Below, one piece after another: positions 42,656 to 55,557 of a stretch of DNA of 55,557 nucleotides; the stretch's first letter is position 1, and the number at the start of each line of letters is the position of its first letter. Under the pieces are notes generated by a model. It worked only from the letters and a program-made list of their open reading frames with translations. It did no database searches and was not told where the DNA came from. Origin of the DNA: Actinomycetota bacterium. Lineage in GTDB: Bacteria; Actinomycetota; Acidimicrobiia; Acidimicrobiales; AC-9. Location of the stretch: NCBI GenBank assembly GCA_005888295.1, contig VAWP01000110.1, positions 1 through 55,557 on the forward strand, in the 5' to 3' direction. The position numbers were made by a program, and so were the translations under genes.

Positions 42656-43312
42656 TCATCGACGCGTGAAGGTCAGGTGGGTGACGCCGCTCGGTGACGA
42701 GACCGCCTCGATGTCGTAGCGCTCCTCGATGCCTTCGAGGCCGTCCCACAGGCGAACGCCGCGGCCGAGCAGGATCGGCACCTGCACCACGTGGAGCGTG
42801 TCGATCAGTTCGGCGGCCAGGAAGTCGCGGACCATCGTCGGGCCGCCGCCGATGCGCACGTCGAGGTCGCCAGCTGCGTCCCGGGCGAGGTCGAGCGCCG
42901 CCTGCGGGCTGGCGTCGACGAAGTGGAACACCGTGCCGCCCTCCATCTCGATCGACGGGCGGGGGTGGTGCGTGAGCACGAACACCGGCGTGTGGAACGG
43001 CGGGTTCGGCCCCCACCAGCCGCGCCACTCGTCGTCGGTCCCGACATCGGTCCACGGGCCGGTCTGCGCGCTGAACTTGCCGCGGCCCATGATCTCGGCA
43101 CCGAAGCCATGGCCATGGCGCTCGGCGAACGAGTGGTCGACCCCCGACGTCCCACCGGTACCGCCGAACATCGAGCGCCCGAACCGGGTGGCGAACATCC
43201 ACTCGTGGAGACGATGGCCGGCGTGACCGAACGGCGCCTCGAACGTGATGCCGTCGCCGGTCCCGAACCCGTCGAGAGAGATCGAGAAGTTGTGGACACG
43301 AACCTGGGACAT
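42656..43312 (-). CDS. Dihydrofolate reductase-like (RibD C-terminal domain) family protein
   Basis: 218 aa from ATG 43312 (GGAGG 5 nt upstream): MSQVRVHNFSISLDGFGTG..VRIGGGPTMVRDFLAAELIDTLHVVQVPILLGRGVRLWD. Divergent from hxlR. Confidence 0.8.
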   Translation of the reverse strand: MSQVRVHNFSISLDGFGTGDGITFEAPFGHAGHRLHEWMFATRFGRSMFGGTGGTSGVDHSFAERHGHGFGAEIMGRGKFSAQTGPWTDVGTDDEWRGWWGPNPPFHTPVFVLTHHPRPSIEMEGGTVFHFVDASPQAALDLARDAAGDLDVRIGGGPTMVRDFLAAELIDTLHVVQVPILLGRGVRLWDGLEGIEERYDIEAVSSPSGVTHLTFTRR

Positions 43313-43335
43313 GGCTGCCTCCGAGCTAGGGGTGG

Positions 43336-43348
43336 TTGCGATGTGCAA
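43336..43348. promoter_or_regulatory. Candidate operator palindrome TTGC-N5-GCAA (site 1)
   Basis: TTGCGATGTGCAA, in the 93-bp divergent spacer between the reductase gene and hxlR. Confidence 0.35.
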
Positions 43349-43375
43349 CTGGTTGCGTTAATGTAGCCAAGGCAG

Positions 43376-43388
43376 TTGCTGATTGCAA
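43376..43388. promoter_or_regulatory. Candidate operator palindrome TTGC-N5-GCAA (site 2)
   Basis: TTGCTGATTGCAA, 40 bp from site 1 and 18 nt upstream of the hxlR ATG. Confidence 0.35.
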
Positions 43389-43405
43389 GCACTTTGGAGG
43401 AACGC

Positions 43406-43909
43406 ATGGACACCGCCCCCCGCTCGGGATGCGCGATCAACGCGGCCGTCGAGGTGCTCGGCGACCCGTGGGCCATGCTCGTGCTGCGCGACATCATGTT
43501 CGGCAACCGCCGCCATTTCCGCGAGCTGGTCGCCGGCTCCGAGGAGGGCATCGCCACCAACATCCTCGCCAGCCGCCTCAAGCAGCTCGTGGCCGCAGGG
43601 CTGTTGACTCGCGACGACGCCGGCCGTGGGCAACGGGCGGCCTACTCGCTCACCGAGGCGGGCATCCAGGTGCTCCCGGTCATGGTCGCCCTCGGGAACT
43701 GGGGCCTCGCCCACCGCCAAGGCGAGCGCCGACTACGGGTGCGCGCCGAACTGCTCCGCGACGGGGGCCCCGAGCTCGTGGCCGCGATGATCGACGAGCT
43801 GCGCGAGCTCCACCTCGGCGTGCCGCGCCCCGACCCGGGCGCACCGCGTGCGAGCGATCAGCTACGTGCCGCCTACGAGGCCGCGCTGCTCGACAACGCG
43901 AGCAGATGA
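43406..43909 (+). CDS. HxlR-family winged-helix transcriptional regulator
   Basis: MDTAPRSGCAINAAVEVLGDPWAMLVLRDIMFGNRRHFRELV..GIATNILASRLKQLV.AGLL. GGAGGA lies 5 nt before ATG 43406. The track start at 43376 lies inside the palindrome. Confidence 0.8.
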   Translation: MDTAPRSGCAINAAVEVLGDPWAMLVLRDIMFGNRRHFRELVAGSEEGIATNILASRLKQLVAAGLLTRDDAGRGQRAAYSLTEAGIQVLPVMVALGNWGLAHRQGERRLRVRAELLRDGGPELVAAMIDELRELHLGVPRPDPGAPRASDQLRAAYEAALLDNASR

Positions 43910-44083
43910 GGTCCGCTTCGGATGCCAACTCGACCCAGCTCCTCATCAAGGGCGCTGAGTGCCTCCAAGAGGTCGTCTCGGTTGAGAAGAGGCATCAGGC
44001 GTAGGTCAGCGCATCCTCAGCCCTCGCGCGGGAGCGCCGAACGCCGACTGGCATGACTCGGTTCGTGACGGTGTGCTGAGTCC

Positions 44084-44641
44084 TCAACGGAGGACTCGGT
44101 AGTGAAGGTGGGTGACGCCGCCATCGCCTTCGAGAACTCTGGTCCGCTCCAGCTCGCGGAGTTCGATGCCGAGGCGCTCGAACAACCGCCGGCCCTCGCC
44201 GAACAGGACCGGGACCAGGGCCCCGTGGACGAGCACGTTCTTGTCGCCCGACGCGTACCTGGCGTCCCGGACTGCCGCGCCGAGGTTGCTGACGTAGTGG
44301 ACGGCGGGCCAATTGGCCGCCCAGTCCGGTGCTGGGTTGCGGCTGAGGATGTAGATGGGCACACCGTCGTGGTGGTCACCACCCCAGCCGCCGGCGCCTT
44401 CGAAGGTCCCCCGTCCGGCGATGACTGCGCCTGTCGACATGATCTCGTCGTAGATCTGGCGGTTCACAGTGCCGCCCCCTAGCTGATGGGCTGCGGCCTT
44501 GTGATGCTGCTCGGTGGTGACAGGAAAGAGCCACTCGTGCAGCCGCTGCCCTCCGTCGCCGAGCGGGTTGTCGAGGCTCGCGTTGGGTCCGGTGATGAGG
44601 CCGTCGAGGGACATCGACATGTACAGCACAGTCGAGGACAT
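44084..44641 (-). CDS. Dihydrofolate reductase-like (RibD C-terminal domain) family protein, internally shortened
   Basis: 185 aa: MSSTVLYMSMSLDGLITGPN... Compared with the paralog at 42656..43312, about 19 residues are missing between NVLVHGA and LVPVLFGEGRRLF. The GAGTCCTC-AACG-GAGGACTC hairpin (44078..44097) spans the stop codon. Confidence 0.75.
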   Translation of the reverse strand: MSSTVLYMSMSLDGLITGPNASLDNPLGDGGQRLHEWLFPVTTEQHHKAAAHQLGGGTVNRQIYDEIMSTGAVIAGRGTFEGAGGWGGDHHDGVPIYILSRNPAPDWAANWPAVHYVSNLGAAVRDARYASGDKNVLVHGALVPVLFGEGRRLFERLGIELRELERTRVLEGDGGVTHLHYRVLR

Positions 44642-44927
44642 CGCTTTCGCTCCTGGTGCTGATTCGACTCGCTGATTCGACTCGCAGGGGGTAGACGGAC
44701 GGGCAGCACTGAATTCATCGCCGAGGTCCCCGGTGACACGCGCTCTCTTCAGGGCGTGCTCGTGGCGCGTGTGACGGACAGGCGTACGGCACGAACCGCC
44801 GGCTGTCCAGCACCCCTCATCCGCCAGGGTGATGTCACGGATTGACCGTCAGGACGGCCTTCGGGTGGGAGCGCCCAACGCCGACATGGCGTGATATGTG
44901 CTGCCGGAGCCCCGCTCGTAGGGCCAA

Positions 44928-45021
44928 GAGGGAGCGTCGCCTCGGCTAGCCCCCCATTTCGTAGAACTGGGGGCTAGCCGAGAGTGACGCTCCCTCCCGC
45001 CCTACGGCGCGCCAGCTTGGC
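44928..45021. repeat. Palindromic repeat family 1, copy E (immediately after the rpsJ stop)
   Basis: GAGGGAGCGTCGCCTCGGCTAGCCCCCCATTTCGTAGAACTGGGGGCTAGCCGAGAGTGACGCTCCCTC plus tail CCGCCCTACGGCGCGCCAGCTTGGCG. Confidence 0.8.
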
Positions 45022-45022
45022 G

Positions 45023-45349
45023 TTACGCAGTCTGGATCTTGATCTCGACGTCGACGCCGGCAGGGAGGTCGAGGCGCTGAAGGGAGTCGACGGTCTTGGG
45101 GCTGTGCTCGACGATGTCCAGGAGCCGCTTGTGGATCCGCATCTCGAAGTGCTCGCAGCTGTCCTTGTACTTGTGGGGAGAGCGGATCACCGTGTAGCGG
45201 TGCTTCTCGGTGGGCAGCGGCACCGGGCCACGCAGGGTGGCCTGGGTGCGCAGCACCGTCTCGACGATCTTCTTCGTCGACTGGTCGATCACCTCGTGGT
45301 CGTAGGCCTTGAGGCGAATGCGGATCTTCTGGCGGGGACCGTCCGGCAC
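45023..45349 (-). CDS. rpsJ: 30S ribosomal protein S10
   Basis: 108 aa: ..[58 protein letters not shown]. Confidence 0.95.
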   Translation of the reverse strand: MPDGPRQKIRIRLKAYDHEVIDQSTKKIVETVLRTQATLRGPVPLPTEKHRYTVIRSPHKYKDSCEHFEMRIHKRLLDIVEHSPKTVDSLQRLDLPAGVDVEIKIQTA

Positions 45350-45359
45350 CGAGATCCTC

Positions 45360-46547
45360 CTACTTCAGGATCTTGGTGACGCGCCCGGCTCCCACCGTGC
45401 GCCCACCCTCACGGATGGCGAAGCGGAGCCCCTCGTCCATGGCGATGGGCTTGCCGAGCTCGACGGTCATGGTCGTGTTGTCGCCCGGCATGACCATCTC
45501 CGTGCCCTCGGGCAGCGCGATGGTCCCGGTCACATCCGTGGTGCGGAAGTAGAACTGCGGCCGGTAGTTGTTGAAGAAGGGCTTGTGGCGGCCGCCCTCC
45601 TCCTTGGTCAGCACGTAGACCTGGGCCTCGAAGTTGGTGTGCGGAGTGATCGACCCGGGCTTGCACAGCACCTGGCCCCGCTCCACCTCCTCCTTCTTGG
45701 TCCCGCGGAGCAGAGCGCCGATGTTGTCGCCCGCCCGTCCCTCGTCGAGGAGCTTGCGGAACATCTCGACGCCGGTGCACACGGTCTTCTGCGTGGGCCG
45801 CAGGCCCACGATCTCCACCTCGTCGCCAACCTTGATGATCCCCTGCTCCACCCGGCCGGTCACGACGGTGCCCCGCCCGGTGATGCTGAACACGTCCTCG
45901 ACCGACATGAGGAAGGGCTTGTCGACGATGCGCTCGGGTTCGGGCACGTAGGTGTCGACCGCTTCCATCAGCTCGAGCACCTTCGCCTCGGCGTCCTTGT
46001 CGCCCTCGAGGGCCTTGAGTGCGCTGACCCGGATCACCGGGGTGTCGTCGCCGGGGAACTCGTACTCGTTCAGCAGCTCCCGCACCTCGAGCTCGACCAG
46101 GTCGAGGAGCTCCTCGTCCTCGACCATGTCGGCCTTGTTGAGGGCGACCACGATGTAGGGAACCCCCACCTGGCGGGCGAGCAGGACGTGCTCGCGGGTC
46201 TGGGGCATCGGACCGTCGGCGGCGGACACCACGAGGATGGCGCCGTCGACCTGCGCAGCCCCGGTGATCATGTTCTTGATGTAGTCGGCATGACCGGGCA
46301 TATCGACGTGCGCGTAGTGCCGGTTCTCGGTCTCGTACTCGACGTGGGCGATCGAGATGGTGATGCCCCGCGCCTTCTCCTCGGGAGCCTTGTCGATCTG
46401 CTCGAACGGGGTGTAGGTGACGTTGGGGTTGCCTTCGGCAAGGATCTTGGTGATGGCCGCCGTGAGCGTTGTCTTGCCGTGGTCGATGTGCCCCATCGTG
46501 CCCACGTTGAGATGGGGCTTCGAGCGCTCGAACTTCTTCTTGGCCAT
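45360..46547 (-). CDS. tuf: Elongation factor Tu
   Basis: 395 aa from ATG 46547: [52 protein letters not shown]. The ORF-track extension to 46772 is readthrough. Confidence 0.96.
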   Translation of the reverse strand: MAKKKFERSKPHLNVGTMGHIDHGKTTLTAAITKILAEGNPNVTYTPFEQIDKAPEEKARGITISIAHVEYETENRHYAHVDMPGHADYIKNMITGAAQVDGAILVVSAADGPMPQTREHVLLARQVGVPYIVVALNKADMVEDEELLDLVELEVRELLNEYEFPGDDTPVIRVSALKALEGDKDAEAKVLELMEAVDTYVPEPERIVDKPFLMSVEDVFSITGRGTVVTGRVEQGIIKVGDEVEIVGLRPTQKTVCTGVEMFRKLLDEGRAGDNIGALLRGTKKEEVERGQVLCKPGSITPHTNFEAQVYVLTKEEGGRHKPFFNNYRPQFYFRTTDVTGTIALPEGTEMVMPGDNTTMTVELGKPIAMDEGLRFAIREGGRTVGAGRVTKILK

Positions 46548-46608
46548 GGGACGGTACGGCTCCGTGTTCTCTGGGCGGCGGGTCGACTGCCGCCTGGGTA
46601 AAAGTGCT

Positions 46609-48690
<2,082 letters not shown>

Positions 48691-48767
48691 GAAAGGAACT
48701 CCGCGGGCGCCACGCGAGACCGGCGCCGTCAAAGAAGATATGTTTCCGTTGTGTCGTGCTTCGCCGG

Positions 48768-49247
<480 letters not shown>

Positions 49248-49619
49248 CTATTTCGGGCGCTTGGCGCCGTATTTCGAACGGCGCTGGCGGCGGTCTTTGA
49301 CACCCTGGGTATCAAGCGTGCCGCGGATGATGTGATACCGCACACCCGGAAGGTCTTTGACCCGGCCGCCCCGGATCAGGACAACCGAATGCTCCTGAAG
49401 ATTATGGCCCTCCCCGGGAATGTAGCTCGTGACCTCGAACCCGTTCGTCAGACGCACGCGCGCCACCTTGCGCAACGCGGAATTCGGCTTTTTCGGCGTG
49501 GTCGTGTAGACGCGCGTGCACACCCCGCGCTTCTGCGGGCAGGCTTCCATTGCCGGAACCTTGTTGCGTGCCACCTCCGGCCTCCGCGGATTGCGGATCA
49601 GCTGGTTTATCGTCGGCAT
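49248..49619 (-). CDS. rpsL: 30S ribosomal protein S12 (alphaproteobacterial type)
   Basis: 123 aa from the internal Met: [69 protein letters not shown]. Confidence 0.95.
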   Translation of the reverse strand: MPTINQLIRNPRRPEVARNKVPAMEACPQKRGVCTRVYTTTPKKPNSALRKVARVRLTNGFEVTSYIPGEGHNLQEHSVVLIRGGRVKDLPGVRYHIIRGTLDTQGVKDRRQRRSKYGAKRPK

Positions 49620-49835
49620 CGTCACAACCTCGTCAAACACGACAAACGCCAAACACAACAAACGCCGAGGGCGATTACGCCGCCGGGTCGATGAGCCTTC
49701 GTACCTAAGTTCTTGCGCGCCCCCTCACAGGGGCACCGAGCCATGAGCTGAGATAGGGCTGCGTCTAGGTGGCTTCCTACGGCCAGCCCCGGAAAGGGCA
49801 AATATTAGTAGTGATCCAAACCAACCCGGTCAAGT

Positions 49836-49873
49836 CCCTCTGCCATGGAACGCATTGCGCACCATGGCAGGGG
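49836..49873 (-). terminator. Hairpin downstream of rpoC
   Basis: CCCTCTGCCATGG ..13 nt.. CCATGGCAGGGG (9-bp perfect core plus a GGG/CCC clamp), 15 nt after the rpoC stop. A T-rich TTGGTTTGG follows on the minus strand. Confidence 0.55.
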
Positions 49874-49887
49874 ACGCCGGGAAGGTC

Positions 49888-55557
<5,670 letters not shown>

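Noticed and set aside
21601-45021. Whether the repeated hairpins form a CRISPR array.
   Set aside because: The copies are 2-17 kb apart, are diverged from one another, are internally palindromic over about 70 nt, and lie inside or between housekeeping genes. There are no regularly spaced short repeats and no cas genes.

Overview
This 55.6-kb housekeeping region is almost entirely transcribed on the minus strand; only a threonine dehydratase (24319..25446) and an hxlR-type regulator (43406..43909) are on the plus strand. From nt 1 to about 48.2 kb the DNA is very GC-rich and the gene order is Actinomycetota-like: purH-purN, sucD-sucC, a stand-alone B12-binding domain, pcrA, guaA-guaB3, Nudix, groEL-groES with a perfect CIRCE operator, tsaD-rimI-tsaB-tsaE, UDG, a peptidase, a hydrolase, nnr-acpS-glmS, glmM-rpsI-rplM, truA, then the alpha, spc and S10 ribosomal operons, tuf and fusA. 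From about 48.2 kb to the end, codon usage is visibly richer in A/T-ending codons and the proteins (S7, S12, RpoC, RpoB) are alphaproteobacterial in type. The switch falls inside fusA without any indel, so the record looks like a chimera or recombinant. I found no rRNA, tRNA, CRISPR array, transposase or phage gene. Main observations: (1) the breakpoint inside fusA; (2) seven conserved genes (groEL, rimI, tsaE, threonine dehydratase, S14, a RibD_C reductase, rpoB) each lack a short internal block, four of them with a frame change, which most likely reflects a sequence-record artefact; (3) a roughly 95-bp palindromic repeat family with at least 5 copies, two of them read in frame inside the C-terminal tails of rplV and rplD, plus a second long-palindrome family; (4) a 2.9-kb hxlR plus two-reductase cassette, flanked by those repeats, inserted between rpsJ and rplC; (5) an apparent CTG start for infA. 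Most long plus-strand ORFs in the track are antisense shadow ORFs of high-GC DNA. I did not find a convincing novel multi-gene system.
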